A stretch of 63,495 nucleotides of DNA, filler included, from Gemmatimonadota bacterium (GTDB lineage Bacteria; 4572-55; J002), in the NCBI GenBank assembly GCA_003697105.1. It is 4 parts of 4 records of this genome, joined end to end, with 100 filler letters (N's around TTAATTAATTAA, not from the genome) between each part and the next. Parts side by side here need not be neighbours in the genome. Positions count along the whole stretch, not along the records: positions 1 to 24,123 come from RFFQ01000080.1; 3 more parts are not named here. One strand, 5' to 3'. A program made the translations under genes and the position numbers. The first letter of the stretch is position 1, and every line of letters starts with the position of its first letter. Positions 1 to 11,460 of this stretch are shown here, one piece after another. The notes below the pieces were generated by a model. The model did not search any database. It saw only the letters and a program-made list of their open reading frames with translations, and was not told the DNA's origin.

Positions 1-45
1 AAAACTCAAGTAACTCGCAAAACTCATAAAACTCGTAAAACTCAA
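1..45 (+). repeat. Five tandem degenerate 9-mers (consensus AAAACTCRN) directly upstream of the DUF58 start
   Basis: aaaactcaa gtaactcgc aaaactcat aaaactcgt aaaactcaa; may continue beyond the window edge. Confidence 0.85.
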
Positions 46-47
46 AA

Positions 48-950
48 ATGATTCCGAAAGAACTGGTTCGCAAAATTCGCAAAATAGAGATTCGGACGAA
101 CCGGCTGGTGAATGATGTCCTTTCCGGGCAGTATCACAGTGTGTTTCAGGGGCAAGGCATTGAATTTGCCGAAGTCCGGGAGTATCAGCCGGGTGACGAT
201 ATCCGCTCGATTGACTGGAACGTGACGGCGCGAACGGGTCATCCGTTTATCAAGCGGTTCCATGAGGAACGGGAATTGACCGTGATGCTCCTTGTTGATG
301 CTAGTGCCTCGCACGATTTTGGTACCGCGAACCCGATCCACCCCGATGAAACACCAAAAACCAAACAAGAAATTGCTGCCGAGTTATGTGCGCTACTGGC
401 ATTTTCCGCTATCAAAAATAATGATAAAGTTGGGCTCATTATGTTTACCAATGAGGTGGAAAAGTATATCCCACCTAAAAAAGGACGGCAGCATGTATTG
501 CGTGTGATTCGGGAGGTGCTCTATTTCCAGCCAAAGTCCCGGCAGGGTAACATTAGTGTCGCACTGGAGTTTTTTAACCGAGTGACAACCCGCAGAAGTG
601 TAGCGTTTTTACTTTCGGATTTCATCGATCAGGGGTATGATAACGCGCTGAAAACGGCGAACCGGAAGCATGATTGTATCGCTATAACGGTCAATGACCC
701 GCGTGAAATTGAACTACCCAACGTCGGACTGATTGAGCTTGAAGACGCCGAAACCGGTGCTACGGCTCTTATTGATACCCGTTCTGCTACGTTTCGGGAG
801 CAGTACCGACAGCAGCAACTACGACGAATTGAGACCCGCAATGCTGTCTTGAAGCAATGCCGGGTCGATGCCATCCATATTGATACGGCTCAACCGTATG
901 TGGACCCCCTTGTGAAATTTTTTAGGATGCGTGCCGCACGTTTCCGTTGA
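48..950 (+). CDS. DUF58 (vWA-like) protein, MoxR/Bat-operon type
   Basis: GIEFAEVREYQPGDDIRSIDWNVTAR, EERELTVMLLVDASAS, FLLSDF motifs. Confidence 0.9.
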   Translation: MIPKELVRKIRKIEIRTNRLVNDVLSGQYHSVFQGQGIEFAEVREYQPGDDIRSIDWNVTARTGHPFIKRFHEERELTVMLLVDASASHDFGTANPIHPDETPKTKQEIAAELCALLAFSAIKNNDKVGLIMFTNEVEKYIPPKKGRQHVLRVIREVLYFQPKSRQGNISVALEFFNRVTTRRSVAFLLSDFIDQGYDNALKTANRKHDCIAITVNDPREIELPNVGLIELEDAETGATALIDTRSATFREQYRQQQLRRIETRNAVLKQCRVDAIHIDTAQPYVDPLVKFFRMRAARFR

Positions 951-985
951 TTTTTTAATCTTATGGAGAAGGAGATTTTTCAAGA

Positions 986-1642
986 ATGAGATTTTTTATT
1001 GATACCGCCAATCTGGAAGAAATTCGAGCGGCGGCAGAGATGGGTTTAGTGGATGGGGTGACAACCAATCCCAGTTTGTTAGCCAAAGAAGGACGTAATC
1101 CCATAGAGATTTTTCGCGAAATTTGCCAGATCGTCGATGGACCCGTCAGCGCCGAAGTCGGTTCTACCGAGTACGATGGCATGATGGCAGAAGCCCATAA
1201 ATTAGCCGAAATTCATCCCAATATCGTCATCAAAATCCCAATGACTCTGGATGGGTTACGCGCTGTGCGTACCCTTTCAGAGGAAGGTATCAAAACCAAC
1301 CAAACCCTCTGTTTCTCGCCTTCGCAGGCTATTTTGTCCGCAAAAGCCGGCGCAACCTACGTGAGTCCATTTGTGGGGCGGTTAGACGATATTAGCTCCG
1401 GTGGCATGGATTTAATCGGGCAAATCATCACTATCTATGATAATTATGATTTTGAGACGCAGGTCTTGGTTGCTAGTATTCGCCATCCGATGCATTTAGT
1501 TGAAGCGGCACTAATGGGGGCGGATGTGGCGACGATCCCGTATAAAGTTATCACCCAATTAATCAAACATCCGTTGACGGATATTGGCTTACAGCGCTTT
1601 GTGGATGATTGGAACACTGTTAAAGATTTAGTCCAGTTTTAA
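986..1642 (+). CDS. tal: Transaldolase (FSA/TalC short type)
   Basis: [15 protein letters not shown], Schiff-base Lys in [23 protein letters not shown]. Confidence 0.92.
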   Translation: MRFFIDTANLEEIRAAAEMGLVDGVTTNPSLLAKEGRNPIEIFREICQIVDGPVSAEVGSTEYDGMMAEAHKLAEIHPNIVIKIPMTLDGLRAVRTLSEEGIKTNQTLCFSPSQAILSAKAGATYVSPFVGRLDDISSGGMDLIGQIITIYDNYDFETQVLVASIRHPMHLVEAALMGADVATIPYKVITQLIKHPLTDIGLQRFVDDWNTVKDLVQF

Positions 1643-1650
1643 GGATAAGA

Positions 1651-1676
1651 GGCACCTCCGCCGAGGTGCTTTTTTT
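1651..1676 (+). terminator. Rho-independent terminator after tal
   Basis: GCACCTC-cgcc-GAGGTGC followed by a T run. Confidence 0.8.
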
Positions 1677-1692
1677 ATGCAAGGAGTCAACG

Positions 1693-2880
1693 ATGAAAGC
1701 AGATTGGTTTTTACGCTCTGTCGGGGGATTAATTTTACTTCTGGTGCTGGCGTTAGGCGGGTATTATTGGGGGCAACACCCGTCGCATCCACCGAAAGAG
1801 TCTTTTTGGGTTACCACTCCCGCGGCACATGCCGATCCCGCAGGGGCGGTAGATGATATTTCCACCACGCGTCGAAATGCGATTGTGAAAGCGGCTCGAT
1901 TGGTCAGTCCGGCGGTGGTAACGGTCAACGTGATTCAAACTCAAGTCGTACGCGGCTACCGCCCGAATTCACTTTTTGACTGGTTTTTTTATGATTATGC
2001 GCCCTTTTATGCGGAACGCCAGATTCCTTCACTTGGTTCCGGTTTTATCATCAATGATCAGGGGTATATTCTGACCAATGACCATGTGGTCGAAAATGCG
2101 TCAAAAATCACCATCAGTTTACCGGATGGGCGTGAATTTCCCGCTGAGGTCGCCGGAGCAGATGCCGGATTTGATCTGGCATTGGTCAAAATCAAAGACC
2201 CGCCGCATGATTTACCGGTGGCACCCTTGGGAGATTCTGATGATCTGATTATTGGAGAATGGGCAATTGCTATTGGCAACCCCTTCGGCTCCCTCATTGA
2301 AGACCCCAATCCAACGGTCACGGTGGGCGTGATCAGTGCGGTCAAGCGGATGGTAAAATCCTCCCGAAATCAGAAATACCAATATCGTGATCTGATCCAG
2401 ACAGATGCCGCGATTAATCCGGGGAATAGTGGGGGACCACTGGTTAATGCCAACGGGCAGGTGATTGGCATCAATTCCTTTATTTTTACAGAAAGTGGCG
2501 GCTCCGTGGGGATGGGCTTTGCGATCCCAATCAACGCGGCAAAACGGATGGTCGAAGAGGTTATCCGATATGGCAAAGTGCGCGACATCTGGGTGGGACT
2601 GTACGTCCGTGCCATTACACCGATGCTGGCGCAAGTCTTTGGTTTGCCACCGAATATGAAAGGTGTGCTTATCTCCACTATCGAACGCGACGGTCCCGCC
2701 GATAAAGCCGGTTTGGAAGTTGGAGATGTGATTCAATCAATTAACAACACAACCATTACCTCACCGCAGGAAGCCGAACGCCAACTGGTTGGTTTACGGG
2801 TAGGTGATGTGGTGAAATTTGGAATTTGGCGTGAAGGACGGGAATTGCAGATTCAGTTAGTATTAGAAGAACGAAAATAG
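1693..2880 (+). CDS. htrA: HtrA/DegP-family serine protease, N-terminal TM, one PDZ domain
   Basis: GSGFII, TNDHVV, DLAL, IQTDAAINPGNSGGPL; SD AAGGAG before ATG 1693. Confidence 0.9.
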   Translation: MKADWFLRSVGGLILLLVLALGGYYWGQHPSHPPKESFWVTTPAAHADPAGAVDDISTTRRNAIVKAARLVSPAVVTVNVIQTQVVRGYRPNSLFDWFFYDYAPFYAERQIPSLGSGFIINDQGYILTNDHVVENASKITISLPDGREFPAEVAGADAGFDLALVKIKDPPHDLPVAPLGDSDDLIIGEWAIAIGNPFGSLIEDPNPTVTVGVISAVKRMVKSSRNQKYQYRDLIQTDAAINPGNSGGPLVNANGQVIGINSFIFTESGGSVGMGFAIPINAAKRMVEEVIRYGKVRDIWVGLYVRAITPMLAQVFGLPPNMKGVLISTIERDGPADKAGLEVGDVIQSINNTTITSPQEAERQLVGLRVGDVVKFGIWREGRELQIQLVLEERK

Positions 2881-2925
2881 GTGAATGTGCCCGACGCGCC
2901 ATGTACCCGCGAGGACATGGCGCGC

Positions 2926-3837
2926 TTACTTCAATTGATCCAATTGAGTTTTGATCTGTTCTGCGCGGACATTATCACCCTGTTGTTGGTATACGGCATA
3001 CAATCGCCTCAAATCCGTTTCCACTTGATGCGTCAACCCCAGGGCGATATGAAGATTCAAACTCCGCTCATAATAGGATGCCGCGGCTTGCCATTGCTGT
3101 TGTGCGGACTCAACATCACCCAAGTATCGTAAATCCAAGCCGATGCCCCGGCTATTTTCAAGTTTCCGATCCCATTCTAGTGCCTGTTGAAAATAATTCG
3201 TGGCGGCAGGGTAACGGTTTTGCTCTAACGCTACCAACCCTAGATTCGATAGGTTTGTGGCAACTCCCGCCGGATAGTGGTGCTTTTTATTGATTTCCAG
3301 TGCCTGTTGGTAGCACACCGTTGCCGCCTCAATTTGACCTGCATATTTGAGCACAAATCCCCGCGTGTTCAGAAGCAACGCTTGTTGCGCCGCATCTGGA
3401 TGTGCATCCAGCAGGGTTTGTGCCTGATCCAAATACGAAAATGCCTGTTCAGGACTCATGGTCAAGACGGTTATTTGTGCTAAATAATTCAAAGTGGTCA
3501 GGGCAAGGGAGGGTGGGGTGATTTGATCGAGTCGCCGGTAGGCTTCCTGAAAAAAAGTGTGTGCCGTCTCCAGTTGACCGGCATCCAAATAGATGCGCCC
3601 CATCGCATTTAAATTTTCGATAATGCCGTTGCCATGGTCTAACCGGCGATATACCGTCAATGCCTTGTCAAATAAGCGTAACGCCCGGTAAAAGTCCCCT
3701 TGTTGGTATGCTTTTAATCCGCTCTGTGTCAAATCTTTGGCATAATCTACTTGTACGTATGGCTTTCGGAAACTGCACCCTGTTCCGCTGAATACAATCC
3801 CAAAAATCAGAAAAAATACAATAATACCCTTGTTCAT
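2926..3837 (-). CDS. TPR-repeat lipoprotein
   Basis: Signal peptide ending SGTGC; repeated TPR patterns (LNAMGRIY, LSNLGLV, A..YFQQAL). Confidence 0.8.
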   Translation of the reverse strand: MNKGIIVFFLIFGIVFSGTGCSFRKPYVQVDYAKDLTQSGLKAYQQGDFYRALRLFDKALTVYRRLDHGNGIIENLNAMGRIYLDAGQLETAHTFFQEAYRRLDQITPPSLALTTLNYLAQITVLTMSPEQAFSYLDQAQTLLDAHPDAAQQALLLNTRGFVLKYAGQIEAATVCYQQALEINKKHHYPAGVATNLSNLGLVALEQNRYPAATNYFQQALEWDRKLENSRGIGLDLRYLGDVESAQQQWQAAASYYERSLNLHIALGLTHQVETDLRRLYAVYQQQGDNVRAEQIKTQLDQLK

Positions 3838-3945
3838 CTGTTATTCTCACTTGACAAATGTATACTTAAACTGTTTTATTGTAAAATATAGCTCCTCACA
3901 TTAATTTGCTGTTGATTATTGACATTTTACATAACGAGACGAGTT

Positions 3946-5640
3946 ATGTCAAATTCTGTTCAACCGGCTGTTAATACCTATCAAGCCGAAATTGAACAAC
4001 TTCGGGCGGAGAATCGCTATCTTCGGCAGCAACTGACCTCCGCACGAACTAATTCCCTGAATCTAATTTATGATTCTATTCCGGATGCGGTTGCTCTCAT
4101 CCATGTTTCCCCCCAACATCAGTATTGCTTTCAACTTGCCAACCGCGTTTTTCTTCAACAATTGGAATACACCGCTACTCAAATTGATCATCAACCTCTT
4201 GCCAATGTTTATACCCCGGAAGATTACCAATTCTTAAAAGATAAACTGGATCAGGTGATATTGACCGGTAAAGTCTTACGGTATGAGCGTCATTTGAAGT
4301 TACCCCAAGGAGAATCTCGTTTTGAAGAAACCGTAATGCCCATTTTAGATGATGCCGGGAATTGCAGTTTTATCCTGCTGATTTCGCATGATATTACACA
4401 CCAGACAAAACGAGAAGCAGAACTCTGCCGGCGCAATGCTGAATTGGAACAACTGTATGTCCTCCGAACCACCCAATATTATCTTGCCCGTTTGTCACAA
4501 CAGTATGAATTGCAGGAACATGAGCGTACACGAATGCTCCTCCAACGCTCTGAAGACCGCTTTTACAAAGCATTTCATTGTAGCCCAATTCCCACCGCAA
4601 TTTTGATCCTGCAAGATGGACGTTTTGTAGATGTAAATGACCATTTTTGCCGGCTAACCGGTTATTCCCGCCATAGTATTTTAGGGTTGCGAGCTTCAAA
4701 TCTACCTTTGTGGGACCATGCCGCCTTCTTACGTCGCTTCTTGCCGGTGCTCCACGCTGAAGAATCCATTCAGGGTATGCCGGTTCAGTACATTACCCGC
4801 TCCGGCGATTTTCGAGAGGGGTTGTTTTTTGGGGGCGCGTTTGAACTGGAAGGAGAGTGGTGTTTACTCTGTATGATTTACGATCCCGCCGCGGAACAAA
4901 AGACGCTAGATCAGCGCCTGCAGGAACGTAAACACCAATTGGAACAATTGCAAAAGGACTTTATCTCGTTAGTGTCCCATGAATTTCGTACCCCCTTAAC
5001 GGTAATTCTTTCTTCCGCCGAGTTGTTGGAACGGTACGCTGACCAACTAACCACTGAAAAGAAAACCTTGAGCCTGAAAAATATCCAAAAACAGGTGCAG
5101 TATTTGGCACGCCTTTTGGATGATTTTACCGCCATCCAGGAAGGTTCTACGGACCAGTTGTTTGTCCTTCTGAAATCGGTAGATGTGGAATCTTATACTG
5201 CCCAACTGATCGAACGTGTGTATGACAGGACGGAATCTTCGTGCCCTATCCAGTTTTCGCTGAACCTTTCCCATCATCGTTATCGCATCGATAAATCGTA
5301 TTACGGGCAATTGATCACCCATTTATTGAGCAATGCGCTCAAATTTTCGACCCAACAGACCTCCGTTTATCTGCGCTTGTGGGATGAGCCGGAGTGGCTG
5401 GTTATTGAGGTAACGGATCACGGTATTGGCATTCCTGAGCCAGACCTACCCTATATTTTCCAACCCTTTTTTCGGGGATCGAATGTGGGAACCCTGCGCG
5501 GGGTTGGGTTAGGTTTAACTATTGTTGAGCAGATTTTGAACGCCTATGGGGGTACGATTCATCTGGAAAGTACCGCTGGTGAAGGAACACACGTTTGTGT
5601 GCGCCTGCCGCTGGATAATACCGGCGTAATCAAAAATTGA
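3946..5640 (+). CDS. Cytoplasmic PAS-PAS sensor histidine kinase
   Basis: Two PAS-like segments; H-box VSHEFRTPL; N-box LLSNALKFS; DHGIGIP; GLGL. Confidence 0.9.
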   Translation: MSNSVQPAVNTYQAEIEQLRAENRYLRQQLTSARTNSLNLIYDSIPDAVALIHVSPQHQYCFQLANRVFLQQLEYTATQIDHQPLANVYTPEDYQFLKDKLDQVILTGKVLRYERHLKLPQGESRFEETVMPILDDAGNCSFILLISHDITHQTKREAELCRRNAELEQLYVLRTTQYYLARLSQQYELQEHERTRMLLQRSEDRFYKAFHCSPIPTAILILQDGRFVDVNDHFCRLTGYSRHSILGLRASNLPLWDHAAFLRRFLPVLHAEESIQGMPVQYITRSGDFREGLFFGGAFELEGEWCLLCMIYDPAAEQKTLDQRLQERKHQLEQLQKDFISLVSHEFRTPLTVILSSAELLERYADQLTTEKKTLSLKNIQKQVQYLARLLDDFTAIQEGSTDQLFVLLKSVDVESYTAQLIERVYDRTESSCPIQFSLNLSHHRYRIDKSYYGQLITHLLSNALKFSTQQTSVYLRLWDEPEWLVIEVTDHGIGIPEPDLPYIFQPFFRGSNVGTLRGVGLGLTIVEQILNAYGGTIHLESTAGEGTHVCVRLPLDNTGVIKN

Positions 5641-6937
5641 ATTCCACCCGCAGATAAGCATAGTCATTATCCCGATACCGCCCGAAAATCCCGTTTGTAT
5701 CTCCCTCCAATAAATCGATCCCAAACGTGCTATTGACACCATCCCACAACGCGTAACTTCCGCTAAACCGCAAAAACACATCATCGGGGCTGGCATAACC
5801 AAAAGCGGAAAGCCGTAATTTTTCCCGCCAAAATGACCGTTCCAGTAAGAGGGTGAAGATTTCTAGCAGGTCGTCTTCCCGGATAGGTTCCGGCGCATCT
5901 AAAATGTACCGGCGATAGTATTGCCCGCTGGCGATACCCCAACTACCCAAATCCAGATCAACTCCCACCAGCAGGTCCACTTCATCGGCACGTACACTGC
6001 CGTTATCTAGCAGATTATGGGTTGTCCACCGCTTATTCCAAAAATAAGCGCCCTCCCCCCGCACGACAAATCGATTCCAACCAGTGGAAAAACTGCCTCC
6101 CGCCATTGTCAGGAGCGGATACCTCAATACCGGTACCTCCACCGTGACCGGAATCGTGCCAATGATGGTGATGTCCACAGGTTGTGTACTTAATACGGGC
6201 AGATTATCCCTTCCCCGAAAGAAGTAACCCGCTAGATCGACGGTGGCGAATGAATGGAACAGCCGGAGACCCCACTCTGAATTTTTCAGATTCGCCGGAG
6301 GCGTTTCCGCCAATTGCGCCGGATCGGAGGGCAACGGGAGCGTGTCTATCGGGTTAAGGGGATCGAAAGGATTCGGGATCGTTAGTGAATCGGCAGAGAA
6401 AAGCGTCCACGGACTATCAAATGAGGGGAGTTCGTGCCCGCGAAAGGTGGGAATTGCGATAAGTTCAAGTTCGGTGTCCCAGCCATACAGATTTAGCCGG
6501 AGCATGTCTTCCGCCAACCGAATATCATCAAAATCTTGCGTGATGAATTCACTCAAATCTTTGGGGGTGATAATGTCGGTGATGATCAGTCCATCGGTGT
6601 TACCCCACGCGACCACCTGTCGCCCCACACGGACATCCGCATGTTCGAAATAGAACGTGCCGAATGCCTCACGCAATTCGATTTGGATTTCCTCAGTGGC
6701 TTCCAACTTATCGTGTTCAAATTCCAATGCCGTGTAAACTTGTGATTCCCCATAATTGTATAATGCTTTTAGTACCAGTTGGTTACGGTTACTTAAATAG
6801 TCATGGTCTTCTTGTAACCGTACCGCCGTATAATACCGCAGTAACCCGTTCCATTCCAACGATTGGGCGAGTACTGCCAGCGGAAACACCAGCACGATTA
6901 TCAACATCAGGGTGTTTCGGAGGACTTTTTGGTTCAT
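5630..6937 (-). CDS. Putative outer-membrane beta-barrel protein (DUF1302-like)
   Basis: Signal peptide (VLA-Q), LREA...VRVGRQVVAWG motif, C-terminal YLRVEFNF beta-signal. Confidence 0.65.
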   Translation of the reverse strand: MNQKVLRNTLMLIIVLVFPLAVLAQSLEWNGLLRYYTAVRLQEDHDYLSNRNQLVLKALYNYGESQVYTALEFEHDKLEATEEIQIELREAFGTFYFEHADVRVGRQVVAWGNTDGLIITDIITPKDLSEFITQDFDDIRLAEDMLRLNLYGWDTELELIAIPTFRGHELPSFDSPWTLFSADSLTIPNPFDPLNPIDTLPLPSDPAQLAETPPANLKNSEWGLRLFHSFATVDLAGYFFRGRDNLPVLSTQPVDITIIGTIPVTVEVPVLRYPLLTMAGGSFSTGWNRFVVRGEGAYFWNKRWTTHNLLDNGSVRADEVDLLVGVDLDLGSWGIASGQYYRRYILDAPEPIREDDLLEIFTLLLERSFWREKLRLSAFGYASPDDVFLRFSGSYALWDGVNSTFGIDLLEGDTNGIFGRYRDNDYAYLRVEFNF

Positions 6938-7539
6938 AATGTCTTCGGATCGGGTATTACCAGTTGGCGGTGGGCAATGGTTTTGAGAAAATCTGTCAGC
7001 GTGTGGTGGATTTTGTGAAGTTCACGCTCAAGGGTATCGAGTGTTTCTGTCACGGTTTCCGTTTGGGGATGACGGAGGTCTTCCAGATGGCGCATTACGG
7101 TGTTGAGCGAGGTTTCCAATTGTGAGGCATCATCTCCCCGGACGGATTTGAGCACATGTTGCAAATGTTTCCATTCCCGCCGGATGTGAAAGGATTCAAT
7201 GGCGTACTCCATACGCAGGCGATGAATTTCAAACGAGCCGATCAGGGGTTTGATCATAAAATCGGCGCCACCTGCCGCCATAAACTCCCGTGCCAGTTTT
7301 TCCGAGATGATTGCGGTCAACATAATGACGGGTATGTGGGGGTCAATTTGCCGGAACACTTCCATCCCGTTCATATCTGGCATCATATAATCGAGGATGA
7401 CCAAATCATACGCCGTTTTGGCTAACTTTTCCAGACCCTCTTTGCCGGAATCGACGGCGTCAACCGTGTGGTTTTCCGCCAGAAATTTTTTTAGAAAGCC
7501 TCGAGCGGCGTAATCATCTTCGATAATCAAAATTTTCAT
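6934..7539 (-). CDS. Response regulator: REC domain plus helical C-terminal extension
   Basis: [33 protein letters not shown] overlaps with both neighbours. Confidence 0.88.
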   Translation of the reverse strand: MKILIIEDDYAARGFLKKFLAENHTVDAVDSGKEGLEKLAKTAYDLVILDYMMPDMNGMEVFRQIDPHIPVIMLTAIISEKLAREFMAAGGADFMIKPLIGSFEIHRLRMEYAIESFHIRREWKHLQHVLKSVRGDDASQLETSLNTVMRHLEDLRHPQTETVTETLDTLERELHKIHHTLTDFLKTIAHRQLVIPDPKTL

Positions 7540-10500
7540 GAGATAGACCTCTGATTCGGTATCGGGTTAATCTGTTTTCCCCATCGTTTGAGTGTTTCGG
7601 TAAGTTCTTTAATATTCACAGGTTTACTCACATAATCATCCATACCGGCGGTAAGACATTTTTCTCGATCCCCTGGCAAGGTGTTGGCGGTCATGGCAAT
7701 AATACGGGGGCGATTTTGACTGTAGCGGGTGATGATGTGGCGTGTCGTTTCCAGACCGTCCATTTCTGGCATTTGAACATCCATAAAAATGAGGTCGTAA
7801 GACTTCACACGGAGCGCGTCAAGCACTTCTTTACCATTGGCGACAACATCCACGGTATAACCCATTTTGTGGAGCAGTTTGGTGGCAAAACGTTGGTTGA
7901 CTGGATTATCTTCTGCCAATAGTATCTGCAAAGGAAAGACCTCGGCGAGGTTTTTATCAATGGTCGATTGCGGTCGAGCCGGCTTTTTAGTGCGGATTTC
8001 GCTTCCGGAAAGGACGGTGCTAAGGGTGTTGTATAACTGGGATTGCCGGATGGGTTTGGAGATATATGCCACAAACAGGTTGTTGTCTCCGTTTTGAGTC
8101 CATTCGCGCGGGGTGGCTGCTGAAGAACTAAACAGAATCAGGGGAACGGGCGGTTGTAATTTCAAATTTTGTACGTGCCGGGCAAGTTCCACCCCGTTCA
8201 TTTCTGGCATGTGATAATCCAAAATGCCCACATCCACCGCTGGCGCATGGCGGAGGTAGTTCAACGTTTCTTGTGCCGAGCCAAAAACGACCGGTTTCAG
8301 TTTCCACTGTTGGCATTGAAGGGTCAAAATGTGGCGGTTTGTGGCATTATCATCCACAATCAACACCGTTTTGCCCTCGATAGAACGAGTATCGGGAGGT
8401 CGGGTTTCCTCTGAGAGGGCATCTGGGGGGGGCAATTTTGCTTGAAAACTAAAATAAAAGGTTGTGCCGGCACCCGGCTGGCTTTCTACCCAAATCTCAC
8501 CGTTCATCAAATGGATCAATCGCTTGGAAATCGCAAGACCTAGCCCCGTACCGCCGTATTTTCGGGAGGTGGAAGAGTCCGCTTGGGTAAATGCTTCAAA
8601 TAGATCATGTTGCTTTTCGGCGGGGATGCCGATGCCGGTATCTTTAATTTCACAGACCAGCTCGACCCGGTCATCTGTGCGCGCGGTCTGCTTGACATGC
8701 ACATAAACTTCACCGCGGTCTGTAAATTTAACTCCATTCCCGACTAGATTGACCAATACCTGCCGTAACCGGGTGTTATCTCCGCAAATGGTGCGGGGCA
8801 CCTCCGGTTCGATATAGTACAGTAAATCCAAATGTTTTTCGGCGGCGCGTTTGGCAAACAGATCGAACGTTTCTTCAATGCATGTTCGCAACTGAAACAC
8901 GTTTTCTTCCAATTTCAACTGTCCGGCTTCTACCCGCGAGAAATCCAAAATATCATTGATAATTGTCAGTAAGTTATTACCACTTACGCGGATGGTTTCC
9001 ACATAATCCCGTTGTTCGGGGTTGAGGTCTGTTTCCAATAGGAGACCGGTCATCCCGATAACACCGTTCATCGGGGTGCGGATTTCATGGCTCATGGTTG
9101 CCAAGAACTCCGATTTTGCCCGTGTTGCGGCTTCGGCGGCTTCTTTAGCTTTGCGGAGTTCCTCCTGTTGGAGTTCCAGTTCCCTGTTTTTTTCTTGTAA
9201 TTGTTCCTGTTGGATGGTCAATTCTTGGGATTGGCGCTGGGTTTCGTTCAATAATTCCTGTAGTTGCAATCGGGATTGTGTCGACTTAAAGGCGATTCCA
9301 ATATTCGGACTGACTTGACGCAAAAATTTAAGCTCCCATTCTTGGAAAGGTTGAACCGTACCGAGTTCGATAACCCCAATGACTTCGTTTTCAAATGTGA
9401 ATGGGGCAACAACGATATATTTGGGGGTCATACCGCCCAACCCAGAACTGATTTTGATGTAATCCTCCGGGACATCTGAAAAGATGATAATCCGGTTATC
9501 AATAGCGGCTTGCCCGATCAAACCTTCCCCTAATTGAAATTTATTTCGCAAGCCTTTGTGGATTCGATACGCATAACTGCCGATCATATGCAAGACCTGC
9601 TGTTCATCCGTCAGGTAGATCGCACCAATGAGTGCATTGAGATAGGTAGAAAGATAGTTGATGACGTTCGTCGCGAGTTCCTCGATCTGTTGATCACCCT
9701 GCATTTTTTCGTTTAATTCCGCTTGACCGGTTTTGATCCAGTTCTGGGTTGCAATTTCACGGGAGCTGGCTTTTAGATTTTCGCGCATCAATATCAGGGC
9801 ATTCGTCAGTTTGTCATCTGGGCTGCGGAGATTCAGAGGCGCTTCGTAATTTCCCTCTCCGATGGCACGTGCCGCTTGTGATAGTTCACGGTTGGTTTGA
9901 ATCAGGCTTGAAAACACATGTGCCAATTGACCGATTTCATCCTGCGAATCTATATCAACTTCCACATCCACTTTTCCCTGTGCCAGTTCATTGGCGACAT
10001 GGATAACCCGGCGTAGAGGGTCATTAATCGCTTTGATAATCAGAAATGTGAAAATTGCCATCAACACAAAAAAGATGATGATCACGCTGGTGATAGCCGC
10101 CGTTGACCGGCTGTTATTTTTCAATGTTTTTTCAAAAGATTGGGACATCTCTTTTTTGGCTTGCGCGATCTCACTATCCAGATGGGTGTTTATGTCGTTA
10201 TACTTTTCGGTCATGGCTTCTAAGTTTAGCAAGGTTTTCTCGCTCAAAAAGCCGCCTTCAATCATTGCGACTGTTGCCGTACGGGCAATTGTGTAATAAT
10301 CCTCAAATGCGGTTTGCAGGCTATCCAATTCTGCGGGATTGAGAATCGGATTTGTTCGCCCGGAGGCAATGAGGTCTAAAAATTGGCGCTGGAGCCGGTC
10401 AGCCGTCGTAATTTCATCCACATCGGCGGCGGCGACCGCATCTTGCAAGATGCGTTGTACGTCCTGTAGCGTCTGCTTTAAATCCCGGTTCATTTCCAAC

Positions 10501-10655
10501 GCGGGTGCATATCCCTGTTCAATCTCGACCAGCAATTGCTCGTTATTGTGGCTAAAAAAGAGGAAGGTGAGTAAAATCGCGAGGAATCCAATAATGGCGA
10601 TAATGGGTAAAAGGGGGATTTTATATTTAAATTCGATATTGTTCAGTTTGATCAT
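7536..10655 (-). CDS. Membrane hybrid histidine kinase (periplasmic sensor-HAMP-GAF-HisKA-HATPase-REC-REC)
   Basis: Two TM helices, [48 protein letters not shown], two receiver domains. Confidence 0.93.
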   Translation of the reverse strand: MIKLNNIEFKYKIPLLPIIAIIGFLAILLTFLFFSHNNEQLLVEIEQGYAPALEMNRDLKQTLQDVQRILQDAVAAADVDEITTADRLQRQFLDLIASGRTNPILNPAELDSLQTAFEDYYTIARTATVAMIEGGFLSEKTLLNLEAMTEKYNDINTHLDSEIAQAKKEMSQSFEKTLKNNSRSTAAITSVIIIFFVLMAIFTFLIIKAINDPLRRVIHVANELAQGKVDVEVDIDSQDEIGQLAHVFSSLIQTNRELSQAARAIGEGNYEAPLNLRSPDDKLTNALILMRENLKASSREIATQNWIKTGQAELNEKMQGDQQIEELATNVINYLSTYLNALIGAIYLTDEQQVLHMIGSYAYRIHKGLRNKFQLGEGLIGQAAIDNRIIIFSDVPEDYIKISSGLGGMTPKYIVVAPFTFENEVIGVIELGTVQPFQEWELKFLRQVSPNIGIAFKSTQSRLQLQELLNETQRQSQELTIQQEQLQEKNRELELQQEELRKAKEAAEAATRAKSEFLATMSHEIRTPMNGVIGMTGLLLETDLNPEQRDYVETIRVSGNNLLTIINDILDFSRVEAGQLKLEENVFQLRTCIEETFDLFAKRAAEKHLDLLYYIEPEVPRTICGDNTRLRQVLVNLVGNGVKFTDRGEVYVHVKQTARTDDRVELVCEIKDTGIGIPAEKQHDLFEAFTQADSSTSRKYGGTGLGLAISKRLIHLMNGEIWVESQPGAGTTFYFSFQAKLPPPDALSEETRPPDTRSIEGKTVLIVDDNATNRHILTLQCQQWKLKPVVFGSAQETLNYLRHAPAVDVGILDYHMPEMNGVELARHVQNLKLQPPVPLILFSSSAATPREWTQNGDNNLFVAYISKPIRQSQLYNTLSTVLSGSEIRTKKPARPQSTIDKNLAEVFPLQILLAEDNPVNQRFATKLLHKMGYTVDVVANGKEVLDALRVKSYDLIFMDVQMPEMDGLETTRHIITRYSQNRPRIIAMTANTLPGDREKCLTAGMDDYVSKPVNIKELTETLKRWGKQINPIPNQRSIS

Positions 10656-10677
10656 TGGAAATCACCCCCACCTCACG

Positions 10678-11460
10678 CTAGTTATTGAGTTTGTGGATAT
10701 AACTAAGTGATTTTAACGTCTGTGCGTGGGGCATATGGTAGCTGGCAAATGTATTTAGCACCTTTTTACATTGGGAGAGGATGGGTTCGGTGATGCGTAG
10801 CCGACTTACGCGGTGCAGAGAGCCAGCCTGAAGGTATCGCAAGGTTTTGAGGGTTCCCTGCGACAAAAAAAGCGCGCCTGATTTCAGGCGCGGTGCCAGA
10901 CAATCCAGGTGGTAAATCCGACCTTCTGTTGGGACAAATGCTATTTGAATTTCTGTTGCGTTGGTGTGACAGGCGAGGCAGGTTTCAAACTCAGGACGGT
11001 ATCCCAAGATTTCCGCCATTCGGAGCTGAAATGCCCATAGGAGTTGGGGTAAGGCATTTTCGGGGGTACGTTCCACTAACAGTAAAGCCGACTTTAATAG
11101 CTCGAACACCATTTGATTCATGGGTTCTGCTTCCGTTTCGGAGTCCACGATCAGCAGGTTAGTAAGTTCGGTCAACGCACTGGCGTATGCTAATTTTACG
11201 ATACTTTGCTGTAATTGACCAAATACTTTCCGGGGGGTACATTGCGATATGGTCTGCAACTGGCGGCTTTCTTTCATGTAAAAGACGATCTCGGAATGCG
11301 AAAACAGATCGAGACCCGCGCCAAACTGGCTCTTTATACGCCGCGCACCTTTGGCGATCAGAGTAAGTTTACCGTATTTATCGGTCAAGCATGTGATGAT
11401 TTTGCTACTCTCGCTATAGTTGCGGACCTGTAGCACAATCGCTTCCGTTTTGTGGATCAC
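10678..11460 (-). CDS. recO: DNA repair protein RecO
   Basis: TEAIVL..NYSESSKI, GKLTLIAKGAR, zinc-finger-like CLAC; GTG start overlaps the lpxA stop. Confidence 0.92.
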   Translation of the reverse strand: MIHKTEAIVLQVRNYSESSKIITCLTDKYGKLTLIAKGARRIKSQFGAGLDLFSHSEIVFYMKESRQLQTISQCTPRKVFGQLQQSIVKLAYASALTELTNLLIVDSETEAEPMNQMVFELLKSALLLVERTPENALPQLLWAFQLRMAEILGYRPEFETCLACHTNATEIQIAFVPTEGRIYHLDCLAPRLKSGALFLSQGTLKTLRYLQAGSLHRVSRLRITEPILSQCKKVLNTFASYHMPHAQTLKSLSYIHKLNN

